Source: Squalus acanthias (Eukaryota). From it: DNA of 64,000 bases. Position numbers and translations under genes: made by a program. Below, piece after piece: positions 49,590 to 62,998 of the stretch. The stretch lies in the NCBI GenBank assembly GCA_030390025.1, contig CM059432.1, forward strand, positions 42,906,001 through 42,970,000, written 5' to 3'. Numbering within the stretch: position 1 is the stretch's first letter; every line of letters begins with the position of its first letter. The notes beneath the pieces are model-generated. The model saw nothing but the letters and a program-made list of their open reading frames with translations. It ran no database searches and was not told where the DNA came from.

Positions 49590-52500
49590 TAGCATAGTGG
49601 TATTGTCACTGGACTAGTAATCCAAAAGCCTAGATTAATGATCCAGAGAATGTGAGTTCAAATCCCACCATGACAGCTGGGGAATTTAAATTCAGTTAAT
49701 TAAATAAATCTGGAACAAAAAGCTAGTATTAGTACCCATCTGGTTCACTAATGTCCTTTAGGAAATCTGCCTTCCTTACCTGGCTCTGTCCTATATGTGA
49801 CTCCAGACCCACAGTACTGTGGTTGACTCTTAACTGCTCTCTGAAATGGCCTAGCAAGCGAGTCATAGATTTATCCAGCACAGAAAGAGGCCCTTTGGCC
49901 CATCGTGTCCACGCCGGCCATCAAGCCCTGTCTACTCTAATCCCATTTTGCAGCACTTGGTCCGTAGCCTTGTATGCTATGGCGTTTCAAGTGCTCATCT
50001 AAATACTTCTTGAATGTTGTGAGGGTTCCTGCCTCTACCACACTTTCAGGCAGTGAGTTCCAGATTCCAACCACCCTCTGGGTGAAAAAGTTTTTCCTCA
50101 AATCCCCTCTAAACCTCCTGCCCCTTACCTTGAAACTATGCCCCCTGGTTATTGATCCCTCTACTAAGGGGAAAAGTTCCTTTCTATCTACCCTATCTAT
50201 GCCCCTCATAATTTTGTACACCTCAATCAGGTCCCCCCTCAGCCTTCTCTACTCTAAGGAAAACAACCCCAGCCTGTCCAGTCTCTCTTCATAGCTGAAG
50301 CGCTCCAGCCCAGGTAACATCCTGGTGAATCTCCTCTGCACCCTCTCCAATGCAATCACATCCTTCCTATAGTGTGGCGACCAGAACTGCACACAGTATT
50401 CCAGCTGTGGCCTTACTAGCGTTTTGTACAGCTCCATCATAACCTCCCTGCTCTTATATTCTATGCCTCGGCTAATGAAGGCAAGTATCCCATATGCCTT
50501 TTTAACCAGCTTATCTACCTGTTCTGCTGCCTTCAGGGATCTATGTACATGCACACCAAGGTCCCTCTGATCCTCTGTCCTTCCTAGGATCCTACCATTC
50601 ATTGTGTATTCCCTTGCCTTGTTAGTCCTCCCAAAATGCATCACCTCACACTTTTCAGGGTTAAATTCCATTTGCCACTGTTCTGCCCATCTGACCAACC
50701 CGTCTATATCGTCCTGTAGCCTGAGGCTTCCCTCCTCGCTATTTACCACTTCACCAATTTTCGTGTCATCTGCGAACTTACTGTTCATACCTCCTACATT
50801 CATATCTAAATCATTAATGTACACTACAAACAGCAAAGGACCCAGCACCGATCCCTGCAGTACACCACTGGACATAGGCTTCCAGTCACAAAAACAACCT
50901 TCGACCATCACCTTTTGCCTCCTGCCACTAAGTCAATTTTGGATCCAATGTGCCAAATTGCCCTGGATCCCATGGGCTCTTACCTTCTTGACCAGTCTCC
51001 CATGCGGGACTTTGTCAAAAGCCTTACTGAAGTCCATGTAGACTACATCAACTGCATTACCCTCATCCTCACACCGAGTCACCACCTCAAAAAATTCAAT
51101 CAAATTGGTTAGACATGATCTCCCCCTGACAAAGCCATGCTAACTATCCTTGATTAATCCTTGCCTCTCCAAGTGGAGACTAATTCTGTCCCTCAGAATT
51201 TTTTCCAATAATTTCCCTACCACTGATGTTAGGCTCACTGGCCTGTAATTCCCTGGTTTATCCCTACTACCCTTCTTGAATAATGGTACTACGTTAGCTG
51301 TCCTCCAGTCCTCTGGCACCTCCCCTGTGGCCAGAGAGGTTCTGAAAATTTGTGTCAGAGCCCCTGCAATCTCTTCCCTTGCCTCACACAACAGCCTGGG
51401 ATACATCTCATCTGGGCCTGGGGATTTATCCACTTTTAAGTCCGCTAAAACCGCTAGTACCTCCTCCCTCTCAATACTAATTTGTTCAAGTATATCACAA
51501 TCCCCCTGCCTGATTTCTATGCCTACATCGTCCTTCTCCATAGTGAACACAAATGCAAAATATTCATTTAAAACCTCACCCACATCTTCGGCTCTACACA
51601 CAGATTGCCACTTTGGTCCCTAATGGGCCCTACTCTTTCCCTGGTTATCCTCTTGCCCTTAATATACTTATAAAACACCTTGGGATTTTCCTTTATTTTG
51701 CCCACCAGTGTTTTTTCATGCCCCCTCTTCGCTCTCCTAATTTCTTTTTTAATACCCCCCCTGCACTTTCGATACTCCTCTCGGGCTTCCACTGTTTTTA
51801 GTCCTTTGTATCTGCCAAAAGCCTCCCTTTTTTTCCTAATCCATTCTTGTATATCCCTTGACATCCAGGGTTCCCTGGGCTTGTTGGTCCCACCCTTGAC
51901 CTTTACGGGAACATGTTGGCATTGTACTCTCTCTATTTCCTTTCTGAAAGACTCCCACTGCTCTGATGTGGATTTTCCTACAAGTAGCTTATCCCAATCC
52001 ACTTTGGCCAGATCCTGCCTTATTATATTAAAATCGGCCTTCCCCCAATTTAGAACCTTTATTTCCGATCCATCTTTGTCCTTTTCCATGACTACCTTAA
52101 ATCTCACCAAATTATGGTCACTGTCACCAAAATGCTCTCCTACTGACACTTCTACCACTTGCCCGGCTACATTCCCTAGAAATAGGTCCAGTATCGCCCC
52201 CTCTCTTGTAGGACTTTCTTCATGCTGGCTCAAAAAGCTCTTCTGGATGCACTTTAAGAATTCCGCACCCTCTAAGCCTTTCACACTCTGACTATCCCAG
52301 TTAATATTGGGGAAGTTGAAATCCCCTACTATTATTACCCTATTATTTCGACATTTCTCTGAGATTTGCCTGCATATCTGTTCCTCTATCTCCCCCTGAC
52401 TGTTTGGGGGCCTATAGTACACTCCCAGCAAAGTGCTTGCCCCCTTTTTGTTTTTAAGTTCTACCCATATGGCCTCATTAATGGAACCTGCTAAGATATC

Positions 52501-55500
52501 ATCCCTCCTTACAGCAGTAATTGACTCCTTGCTTAATATTGCGACACCCCTCCTCTTTTACACCCCCCTCTGTCTCGCCTGAAGATTCTATACCCCGGAA
52601 TATTGAGCTGACAGTCCTGCCCCTCCCTCAACCATGTCTCTGTGATAGCAACAATATCATACTCCCATGTGTTCATCAACACCTTCAATTCATCTGCCTT
52701 ACTCGCAAGACTCCTTGCATTAAAATAAATGCCATCCAGCCTTGCCATACTCCCTTGTGCATACATATTTGCTCTGCCTTCCAGGCTGACTTGTTTTTTC
52801 CTCTATATTTGGCTGTGCATCACCCCCTACTATAGCTCCACTCCGTATCCCATCCCCCTGCCAAGTTAGTTTAAACCCCCCCCCAACAGTACTAGCAAAC
52901 CTCCCCGCAAGGATGTTGGTCCCGTTCCGGTTCAGGTGCAACCCGTCCGACTTGTACAGGTCCCACCTTCCCAAGAAGCAGACCCAGTGATCCAGGAAAC
53001 TAAAGCCCTCCCTGCTGCACAAACTCTTTAGCCACGCATTCATCTGCTCTATCCTCCTATTTCTATACTCACGAGCACATGGCACCGGGAGTAATTCAGA
53101 GATTACCACCTTTGAGGTCCTGCTTTTTAATATGCTACCTTGCTCCCTAAATTCTTGTTGCAGGACCTCATCCCTCTTTCTACCTATGTCGTTGGTACCA
53201 ATGTGAACCACGACCTCTGACTGTTCGCCCTCCCCTTCAGAATGCCCTGCAGCCGTTCAGTGACATCCTTGACCTTGGCACCAGGGAGACAACATACCAT
53301 CCTGGAGTCACGTCTGCGGCCACAGAAACGTCTATCTGTTCCCTTTACGATAGAATCCCCTATCACTATTGCTCTCCCACTCTTTTTCCTCCCCTCCTGT
53401 GCAGCTGAGCCACTCGTAGTGCCACGGACTTGGCTCTTGCTGCATTCCCCTGAGAAACCATCTCCCCCAGCAGTATCCAAAAAGCAGTTGTAACAAACCG
53501 CTACGAAACACAATAATAATAATGAAACCGGACGGATCACCCGGTATCAAACTCGACACCGGCTACAGACACGGCAACGGCACACCCAGCCCAGTCAACC
53601 CTGCAACGTCCTCCTCACCAGCATCTGGGGACTTGTGCCAAAATTGGGAGAGCTGTCATACTCACAGAATGCCCCAATGTCCCAAACTCCTCCATCACCA
53701 TCCCTGGAAGAACAGACCCACCAGAGGTGGCAGCACAGTGGTATACAGTCGGGAAGGAGAGGCCATGGGAGTCCTCAACATTGATTTCGGTCAAGCATGG
53801 GCAAAGAAACCTCCTGCTTATTACCACCTACCACCCTCCCTCAGCTGATGAATCAGTACTCCTCCATGTTGAACACCACTTGGAAGAAGCGCTGAGAGTA
53901 GCAAGGACACAGAATATATTCTGGGTGGGGGACTTCAATGTCCATCACCAAGAGTGGCTCGGTAGCACCACTACTGACTGAGCTGGCCGAGTCCTGAAGG
54001 ACATAACAGCCAGTCTGGGCCTGCGACAGGTGGTGAGAGAACCAAAACGAGGGAAAAACCTACTTGACCTTGTCCTCACCAATCTATCTGCATCTGTCCA
54101 TGACAGTATTGGTAGCAGTAGATTCAGAATAGATCTAGCAGCTCAAAACTGGGCATCCATGAGGCGCTGTGGGCCATCAGCAGCAGCAAAATTGTATTCC
54201 ACCACAATCTGTAACCTCATGGCCCGGCATATTCCTCACTCTACCATTACCATCAAGCCAGGAGACCAACCCTGGTTCAATAAGGAGTGCAGAAGAGCAT
54301 GCCAGGAACAGCATCAGGCATACCTAAAAATGAGGTGCCAACCTGGGGAAGCTGCAACACAGGACTACATGCATGCTAAAAAGCAGAAGCAGCATGCTAT
54401 AGACAGGGCTAGGCGATCCCACAATCAACGGATCAGATCAAAGCTCTGTTGTCCTGCTACATCCAGTCTTGAATGGTGGTGGACCATTAAACAACTAATG
54501 GGAGGAGGTGAAGGCTCCATGAATATCCCCATCCTCAATGATAGTGGAGCCCAGCACGTGAGTGCAAAAGACAAGGCTGAAGTGTTTGCAACCATCTTCA
54601 GCCAGAAGTGCCAAGTGGATGATCCATATCGGCCTCCTCCTGAGGTCCCCACCATCACAGAAGCCAGTCTTCAGCCAATTCGATTCACTCCATGTGATAT
54701 CAAGAAACGGCTGAGCGCACTGGATACAGCAAAGGCTATGGGCCCCAACAACATCCCGGCTATCGTGCTGAAGGCTTGTGCTCCAGAACTAGCCACGCCT
54801 CTAGCCAAGCTGTTCCAGTACAGCTACAACACTGGCATCTATCCGACAATGTGGAAAACTGCCCAGGTATGTCCTGTCCACAAAAAGCAGGACAAATCCA
54901 ATCCAGCCAATTACTGCCCCATCAGTCTACTCTCAATCATCAGCAAAGTGATGGAAGGTGTCGTCGACAGTGCTATCAAGCGGCACTTACTCACCAATAA
55001 CCTGCTCACTGATGCCCAGTTTGGGTTCCGCCAAGACCACTCGGCTCCCGACCTCATTACAGCCTTGGTCCAAACATGGACAAGGGAGCTGAATTCCAGA
55101 GGTGAGGTCAGAGTGACTGCACTAGAAATCAAGGCAGCATTTGACCGAATGTGGCATCAAGGAGCCCTAATAAAACTGAAGTCAATGGGAATCGGGGGGA
55201 AAACTCTCCACTGGCTGGAGTCATACCTAGCACAAAGGAAGATGGTTGTGGTGGTTGAAGGTCAATCATCACAGCCCCAGGACATCAGGGCAGGAGTTCC
55301 TCAGGGCAGTGCCCTGGGCCCAACCATCTTCAGCTGCTTCATAAGCGACCTTCCCTCCAACATAAGGTCAGAAATGGGGATGTTCGCTGATGACTGAACA
55401 GTGTTCAGTGCCATTCACAACTCCTCAGATAATGAAGCAGTCCATGCCCGCATGCAGCAAGATGTGGACGACGTTCAGGCTTGGGCTGATAAGTGGCAGG

Positions 55501-56293
55501 TAACATTCGCGCCACAGAAGTCTCAGGCAATGACTATCTCCAACAAGCGAGAGTATAACCACTGCCCCTTGACATTCAACGGCATTACCATCACCAAATC
55601 CACCACCATCAACATCCTGGGGTCACCATTGACCAGAAACTTAACTGGACTAGCCACATAAATACTGTGGTAACAAGAGCAGGTCAGAGGCCAGGTATTC
55701 TGTGGTGAGTGTCTCACTTCCTGACTCCCCAAAGCCTTTCCATCATCTACAAGGCACAAGTAAGGAGTGTGATGGAATATTCTCCACTTGCCTGGATGAG
55801 TGCAGCTCCAACAACACTCAAGAAGCTCGACACCATCCAGGACAAAGCAGCCCACTTGATTAGCACCCCATCCACCACCTTAAACATTCACTCCCTCCAC
55901 CACTGACGTAATGTGGCTGCAGTGTACACCATCTACAAGATGCACTGCAGCAATTCGCCAAGGCTTCTTCAGCAGCACCTCCCAAACCCACGACCTCTTC
56001 CACCTAGAAGGACAAGGGCAGCAGGCACATGGGAACACCACCACCTCCAAGTTTCCCTCCAAGTCACACACCATCCTGACTTAGAAGTATATCGCTGATC
56101 TTTCATCGTTGCTGGGTCAAAATCCTGGAACTCCCTGCCTAACAGCACTGTGGGAGGACCTTCACCACACGGACTGCAGCGGTTCAAGAAGGCAGCCTAC
56201 CATCACCTTCTCAAGGGTAATTAGGGATGGGCAATAAATGCTGGCTTTGCCAGCGACGCCCTCATCCCATAAACAAATTTAAAAAATTTTTAA
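49590..56293 (+). mobile_element. tRNA-headed, ORF1-less CR1-clade LINE, copy 2 (head 49590-49860, body 53485-56293)
   Basis: A box TAGCATAGTGG, B box GAGTTCAAATCC (49654-49665); 455-aa RT ORF 54030..55397 ending MFADD; TSD atgagg/atgcgg (49584-49589, 56294-56299). Confidence 0.9.
49862..53482 (-). mobile_element. CR1 LINE, 5'-truncated (ORF1 esterase plus ORF2 EN-RT)
   Basis: VIGDSIVKG..HIGTND..DGLHLN; YFNARSL..ITETW; YRPP..GDFN..SDH; KFADDTK; few stops or frameshifts. Confidence 0.95.
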
Positions 56294-58915
56294 ATGCGGG
56301 TCTTCAGTTACGTGGATAGTCTAGAGAAGCTGGGGTTGTTCTCCGTAGGGCAGAGAAGGTTGAGAGGAGATTTGATAGAGGTATTCAAAATCATGAGGGG
56401 TCCAGACAGAATAGATAGAGAGAAACTGTTCCCATTGGCGGAAAGGTCGAGAACCAGAGGACACAGATTGAAGGTGATCGGCAAAAGAAACAAAGGCGAC
56501 ATGAAGAAAAACTTTTTTACGCAGCGAATGGTTAGGATCTGGAATGCACTGCCTGAGAGGGTGGTGGAGGCAGATTCAATCATGGCTTTCAAAAGTAAAT
56601 TGGTTAAGTACCTGAAGGAAAAAAAATTGCAGGGCTACGGGGAAAGGGCGGGGGAGTGGGACTAGCTGAAGTGCTCCATTAGAGAGCCAGCACGGGCTCA
56701 ATGGGCCGAATGGCCTCCTTCTGTGCTGTAACCATTCTATGATTCTATGATTCTAACAGAGGAGGCTGAGGGGAGACTTAATTGAGGTGTATAAGATTAT
56801 GAGGGGCCTAGATAGAGTGGACAGGAAGGACCTACTTCCCTTAGCAGCGGTCAATAACCAGGGGGCGGTGATTGAAAGTAATTGGTCGAAGGATTAGAGG
56901 GGAGTTGAGGAGAACTTTTTTTCACCCAGAGGATGGTGGGGGTCTGGGACTTACTGCCTGAAAGGGTAGTAGAGGCAGAAACCCTCATTGCATTTACAAA
57001 ATACTTGGATATGCACTTGAAGTGCCGTAACTTACAGGGCTACAGACCAAGAGCTGGAAAGTGGGATTAGGCTGGATAGCTCTTCTTTGGCCGGCACAGA
57101 CACGATCGGCTGAATGGCCTCCATCTGTGCTGTAAATTTCTATGATTCTATGATTTTATCCCCCTGTTCCCCATCTCCATTCAAAATTTACCATTTCAGG
57201 TGTACTTCGTTTTCATGACATCAGTCTACAAAGGACTGTGTCTGTTACTTATTTGCTTATCCTTTAGCCTTTTTATGTACTCTTGCATTCTTTCACAATT
57301 CTTGTTGCAATTTGCCATACCCTCCAAATTGATGTCTTCAGCAAATTTTGATATTGCTCTCTCAATTCCTAAATCCATATTATTTATATGCATAATAAAT
57401 AACAGCGACACCAATACAGACCCCAATAGAACATCACTCACTACATCTTACTCGTCGAAGAAGCAGCCCTTTAATGCTGCCCTTTGCTTTCCGACCTCCA
57501 CTCACCTCTCTATCATGTGGCCACATTCTCCTCAATTTCATGCGTCATCATCTCTTATCAGGTAACTTATCAAATATTATAAACCACATCCATTATCTGT
57601 ATACACTGCTAATTCTATAAGGTTGCTGAAGCATAATCTGCCTTTTAGAAATCCATGTTGAGTGGCCCTGATTAATTCAAGCTTTTTAATTTCATCCATA
57701 TTATAAGCTCTAGAGTGTAAAGCTTTCCGCCTTCCCCACATCGATTTTTTGGGGGGCAAATCTGAGGTGGACAAATCTGGCAAATCTGTCTGCTCAGTGA
57801 AAGCTGTGCCCATTGTACACCACATGCTAATGACATGGCCTCTCTGGCATTTCCTGCCATTTGCACTCTTTGAATGCTGGACGCACGGACCATCGGTTAG
57901 GCCTTGGCATCCAGCATTCAGTGATTGGCAGAAGATATAGATAAAGAGATGTTTCTCAGACTGAAAGAAAGTCTCACCCTATAAAGGCATGACTCCCTGT
58001 GAGTTAGTTATTGCAGGCCAGAAGCATAGCCAAGGTCAGTGGGGCATCTCAGGAATGAATGGCAAATCCACGCTGCCAGAGGTGTGGCCTATTTAAAGTG
58101 GGTGGGCAGAGGACAGAAAGGCTAGGCTTAGTTCTTTAACAACTAAAATAAGACTAATTGGCCTATGATTTCTTGCCTTATGCCAGTATCCTTTTCTTCC
58201 AGGCAGGTTAGCTTAAAATTATTCCAATTGCATCTGCTAATTCTGCTAACCTGTCTACATCCTTCTGACGTGTTCAGCAGTCATCCTTGCTGTTTGCCAA
58301 ATCCCTCACTTTTGTGACGTCAGAAAATTTCAGTATTGTGCTCCAGATCCATAGTTTTCAGACTGTCAACCAACTTTCTATTCATGCTATTACATTTCCT
58401 GTTATATCAAATGCCTACATTTTTGTAACCAGCTTCCTGAGACACCTTATTGAATCTCCCTATTTACCCACAGAACTCTATTCTTTTATGGACTCGCTTT
58501 TTAACCTTACAGGAATATATAAAAGTTGTATTCTGTACATCTCATATTTGAAGATTCTTCACTACTAATTTGTTGTTTGCTAACATTTTTGGCCAATTAA
58601 ATTGGACCATATCCCTTCTTATCTCACTGAAGTCTGTGTTCTTACAGTCCAGCACCCTTATTTTTGATAGCTCATTGACCTTTGACAGCAGCAGCAGCAG
58701 CGGCGGCAGTGCGGACCTGGGAGGAGCGGCGAGGCGGCGACGGTACCAACTCAGAACCGGCAGAATTTTCAACAAGTGACGTCCGAAGTCAAAAGTGATG
58801 TCGGCACAAGGGGAGGGAGCTGATTGGTGAGTATCTGGTAAGTGTTTATACTTGGCTTTCTTAGAGTTTTAAGTTTATTCCAGCTAGATTAGTAAATAGT
58901 CTGTTAATTAGAGGT

Positions 58916-59868
58916 ATGGCAGGGCAGCTCACACCCGTGGAATGCACATCCTGTGCCATGTGGGAAGTCCTGGACACCTCCCGTGGTCTGGGTGACCACA
59001 TGTGCGGGAAGTGTCGCCAGCTACAGCAGCTCGAGCACCGGGTTACGGAGCTTGAGCGGCGGCTGCAGTCACTGCTGTGCATCCGCGAGGCTGAGAGCTA
59101 CGTGGACAGCACGTTTCGGGAGGTGGTCACCCCACAGCTGAAGAGTGTGCAGGCAGAGAGGGAATGGGTGACCGCCAGACAGAAGAGGAGGACCAAGCAG
59201 GTAGTGCAGGAGTCCCCTGAGCCCATCTTGCTCACCAACCAGTATTTGGTGCTGAGTACTGGTGAGGGAGATGGTTCCTCTGGGGACTGCAGCCAGAGCC
59301 AAGTCCACAGCACCATGGAAGGCTCAGCTGCACAGGGGGTGGGGGGAAGAGGAGAGGGAGAGCAATAGTGAGAGGGGATTCAATAGTTAGGGGAGCAGAC
59401 AGGCATTTCTGCGGCTGCAGATGTGACTCCAGGATGGTATGTTGCCTCCCTGGTTCCAGGGTCAAGGATGTCACTGAACGGCTGCAGGGCATTCTGAAGG
59501 GGGAGGGTGAACAGCCAGAGGTCGTGGTCCATATCGGTACCAACGACATAGGTAGAAAGAGGGATGAGGTCCTGCAGGCAGAGTTTAGGGAGCTAGGAAA
59601 GAGGTTAAAAAGCAGGACCTCAAAGGTAGTAATCTCCAGATTACTACCAGTGCCACGTGCTAGTAAGTACAGAAATAGGAAGATAGAGCAGATGAATGCG
59701 TGGCTGGAGAGATGGTGTAGGAGGGAGGGCTTTAGATTCCTGAGGAATTGGAACCGTTTCTGGGGGAGGTGGGACCTCTGCAAGCCAGACGGGTTGCACC
59801 TCAACGGGAACGGGACCAATATCCTTGCGGGAGGGTTTGTTAGTGCTGTTGGGGAGGGTGTAAACTAG
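58916..59868 (+). pseudogene. CR1 ORF1 (zinc finger, coiled coil, SGNH esterase), frameshifted
   Basis: CTSCAMW..CGKC, LEHRVTELERRL, GDSIVRG, HIGTND, DGLHLN. Confidence 0.9.
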
Positions 59869-59999
59869 CTTGGCAGGAGGATGGGAACCTAAGAATAGAG
59901 TCAATAGGGAGGGAAGAAAAACTGGAATTGGAAAACAAAAACGTAGAAAGTAAATTGGAAGGACAGCGGAATCAAGGGCTAGATAGTAGTCAACAAGGA

Positions 60000-62010
60000 G
60001 GTTTGCCTGTACTAAATGGTATATACTTCAATGCAAGGAGTGTAGTGAACAAAGCAGATGAGCTGAGGGTACAGGTAGATACTTGGGACTATGATATTAT
60101 AGCTATTACAGAGATAAAAGGGAGGGTTATGACAGATACCGAGGGCTAAATACTGCAGAATCTTTAGAGGAGTACAGAAAGTGCGGGGGTGCAATTAAAA
60201 AGGATATTAGGAAAGCAAAGAGAGAGCATGAAAAATTCTTGGCACGTAAAATCAAGGAAAACCCAAAGATGTTTTATAAATATATTAAGAGTAAGAGGAT
60301 AACTAAAGAAAGGGTAGGGCCTATTAGAGATCATGAGGGTAATCTGTGTGTGGAGGCAGGAGACGTCGGTAGGGTTCTTAATGAATACTTTGCGTCTGTT
60401 TTCACAAAGGAGAGGGGCGAAGCAGACATTGCTATCAGGGAGGAGGAGTGTGAAATATTAGATGAAATAAACATAGTGAGAGAGGAAGTATTAAGGGGTT
60501 TAGCAGCTTTAAAAGTGGATAAATCCTCAGGCCCGGATGAAATGTATCCGAGGCTGCTAAGCAAAGCAAAAGAGGAAATAGGAGAGGCCCTGACCATCAT
60601 TTTCCAATCTTCTCTGGTTTCAGGTGTGGTGCCGGAGGACTGGAGGACTGCTAATATGGTACCCTTGTTTAAAAAGGGAGAAAAGGATAGACCGAGTAAT
60701 TACAGGCCAGTCAGCCTAACCTCGGTGGTGGGAAAATTATTGGAAAGAATTCTGAAGAACAGGATAAATCTTCATTTGGAAAGACACGGATTAATCAAGG
60801 ATAGTCAGCACGGATTTGTTAAGGGAAGGTCGTGTCTGACAAACTTGATTGAATTTTTTGAGGAGGTAACAAGGAGGGTAGATGAGGGTAGTGCATTTGG
60901 CGTAGTGTATATGGACTTTAGCAAGGCTTTTGATAAGGTTCCACATGGCAGACTGATCACGAAGTTAAAAGCCCATGGGATCCAGGACAAAGTGTCAAGT
61001 TGGATTCAAAACTGGCTCGGAGGCAGGAAGCAGAGGGTAATGGTTGATGGGTGTTTTTGTGACTGGAAGGCTGTTTCCAGTTGGGTTCCGCAGAGCTCAG
61101 TACTAGGTCCCTTGCTTTTTGTGGTATATATCAATGATCTAGACTTGAATATAGGGGGTATGATTAAGAAGTTTGCAGATGATACTAAAATTGGCTGTGT
61201 GGTTGATACTGAAGAAGGAAACTGTAGACTGCAGGAAGATATCAATAAATTGGTCAGGTGGGCAGAACAGTGGCAAATGGAATTCAATCCGGAGAAGTGT
61301 GAGGTAACGCATTTGGGGAGGGCTAACAAGGAAAGGGAATACACATTAAATGGTAGGACACTGAGTAGTGTAGAGGAACAAAGGGACCTTGGAGTGCATG
61401 TCCACAGATTCCTGAAGGTAGCAGGCCAGGTAGATAAGGTGGTTAAGAAGGCATACGGAATGCTTGCCTTTATTAGCCGTGGCATAGAATACAAGAGCAG
61501 GGGGGTTATGCTTCAACTGTATAAAACACTATTTAGGCCTCAGCTAGAGTACTGCGTGCAGTTCTGGTCACCACATTACAGGAAAGGTGTGATTGCACTA
61601 GAGAGGGTACAGAGGAGATTTACAAGGATGTTGCTGCAGTAGAGAATCTTAGCTATGAGGAAAGACTGGATATGCTGGGTCTGTTTTCCTTGGAACAGAG
61701 GAGGCTGAGGGGAGACCTTATTGAGGTGTATAAAATTATGAGGGGCCTAGATAAAGTGGATAGAAAGGACCTATTTCCCTTAGCAGAGTGGTCAAAAACC
61801 AGGGGGCACAGATTTAAAGTAATTGGTGGAAGGTTTAGAGGGGATTTGAGGGGAAATTTCTTCACCCAGAGGGTTGTGCGGGTCTGGAACTCACTGCCTG
61901 AAAGGGTGGTAGAGGCAGAAACCCTAACCACATTTAAAAAGTACTTGGATGTGCACTTGGGATGCTGTAACCTGCAGGGCTACGGACCAAGAGCTGGGAA
62001 GTGGGATTAG
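60000..62010 (+). pseudogene. CR1 ORF2 (endonuclease mostly deleted; RT intact over 467 aa)
   Basis: YFNARSV..IAITE then deletion near 60115; ORF 60239..61642 with YMDFSKAFDKV and KFADDTK; frameshift ~61640. Confidence 0.92.
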
Positions 62011-62232
62011 GCTGGATAGCTCTTTGTTGGCCGGCGTGGACACAATGGGCCAAAATGGCCTCCTTCCATGCTGTAACTTTCTATGATTCTATGACTCGAC
62101 TTTCATATAGAAACTATGTTGTGTTTGCTATTTTCCAATTCTTCATCTACTCTCACATAAGATTTTGTTCCAATTCATTTCCTGGAACTAAATCAAGCAG
62201 TGCTTCTTTCCCTGCTGGATTATAAAGATATT

Positions 62233-62998
62233 GGCTCAGAATTTGCAGTTATAATGACAGTGAAACTGTCAGCGCTCGCCGTCATTACTGTGTAAAACTG
62301 ACAGCAACTTCTGGCATCTGCACATGCGCAGTAAAACACGGAAATTGGAAGTTGCTGTCAGTGATACCCTGCTCCTCCACAGGGTGTGCTGTTGCAGTCT
62401 TTGCAGATGCAATCAACACAGAGTCAGTGATTTGACGTGAACTTCAACTTTTTACGTACTATTTTCACTGTAAAAACCATTGAAAATGTCAAGCCTTGTT
62501 GAATGAGGTGTAACTGAGCTTTTAACGGCATACTAAGTCATAATTACTGCTGACCAACCTCTCTGGCCCTGAAAAACTAATTTTATTAGTGTGGAGTATC
62601 AATAACTTCCAATAATATTTAAAAATTGGATGATTTTTAAAATAAAACATAATTTTCATTTTAAAAAAAAGTTTGTTTGCTACTTCATCTTCTACCTTAA
62701 TCCCTTGAGTTTGTCCCAGTCTTTATTTCGCTTTCTGATCAATGATTAAAAAGTTAATTATAATCCGTGCTTTTTAGTTCCTGGTTTGCTGTCTCTGAGA
62801 ATTCTTCAATCTGATTGGCTGATCAGCCTGCTTGGTAACGTCACTGTTGCTGAATGTCACAGACTCCCTATAGATAGTGCCAGATTGAACGTCACGTTGG
62901 AATAAGGGAAATCGACGCTCTAGAGCCCGCCAAATCTTTGTAGGCAGCTTTTTTCGAGCGGGTGTCATCCCTTTGCCGCTGACCGTAAAATCCGAGCC
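62233..62998. mobile_element. Harbinger-type MITE
   Basis: TIR ggctcagaattt / aaaatccgagcc, TSD ATT/ACT, interrupting old CR1. Confidence 0.7.

Larger units (their letters stand above)
48749..56754 (+). mobile_element. CR1 (pieces 48749-49589 and 56294-56754) with internal deletion
   Basis: KSPGPNGMHPR..WRIANVTPLFK; LGLFSVGQRRLRGDLIEVFK..WNALP; aacag duplicated at junctions. Confidence 0.88.
46225..57155 (+). mobile_element. CR1 3' part split into three pieces (46225-46611, 48668-48748, 56756-57155)
   Basis: KKAYGILSFI...ERVQRGF joins ggatgttgccaggactgg..ttggaacag, which joins aggaggctgaggggagac and the ttctatga tail. Confidence 0.85.
45600..57700 (-). mobile_element. Old CR1 (outermost host of nested cluster; pieces ~45600-46225 and ~57157-57700)
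   Basis: 3' end at 45600; RT ISKFAED and QHGFLKGRLCFSNL at 57226-57700; atccc repeated at both junctions. Confidence 0.7.
58687..62093 (+). mobile_element. Near full-length CR1 LINE
   Basis: GC-rich 5' UTR, ORF1, ORF2, ttctatga tail; tgac duplicated at junctions within an older minus-strand CR1 (~58200-63215). Confidence 0.95.

Noticed and set aside
49588..49680. Functional tRNA gene (also 29649-29740)
   Set aside because: Extra ~20 nt between anticodon arm and B box, no clean acceptor stem or terminator; it is a retroposon head.
50604..52291. Long Ser/Leu-rich ORFs (also 48846..49262, 61006..61494)
   Set aside because: Antisense shadows of CR1 ORF2.
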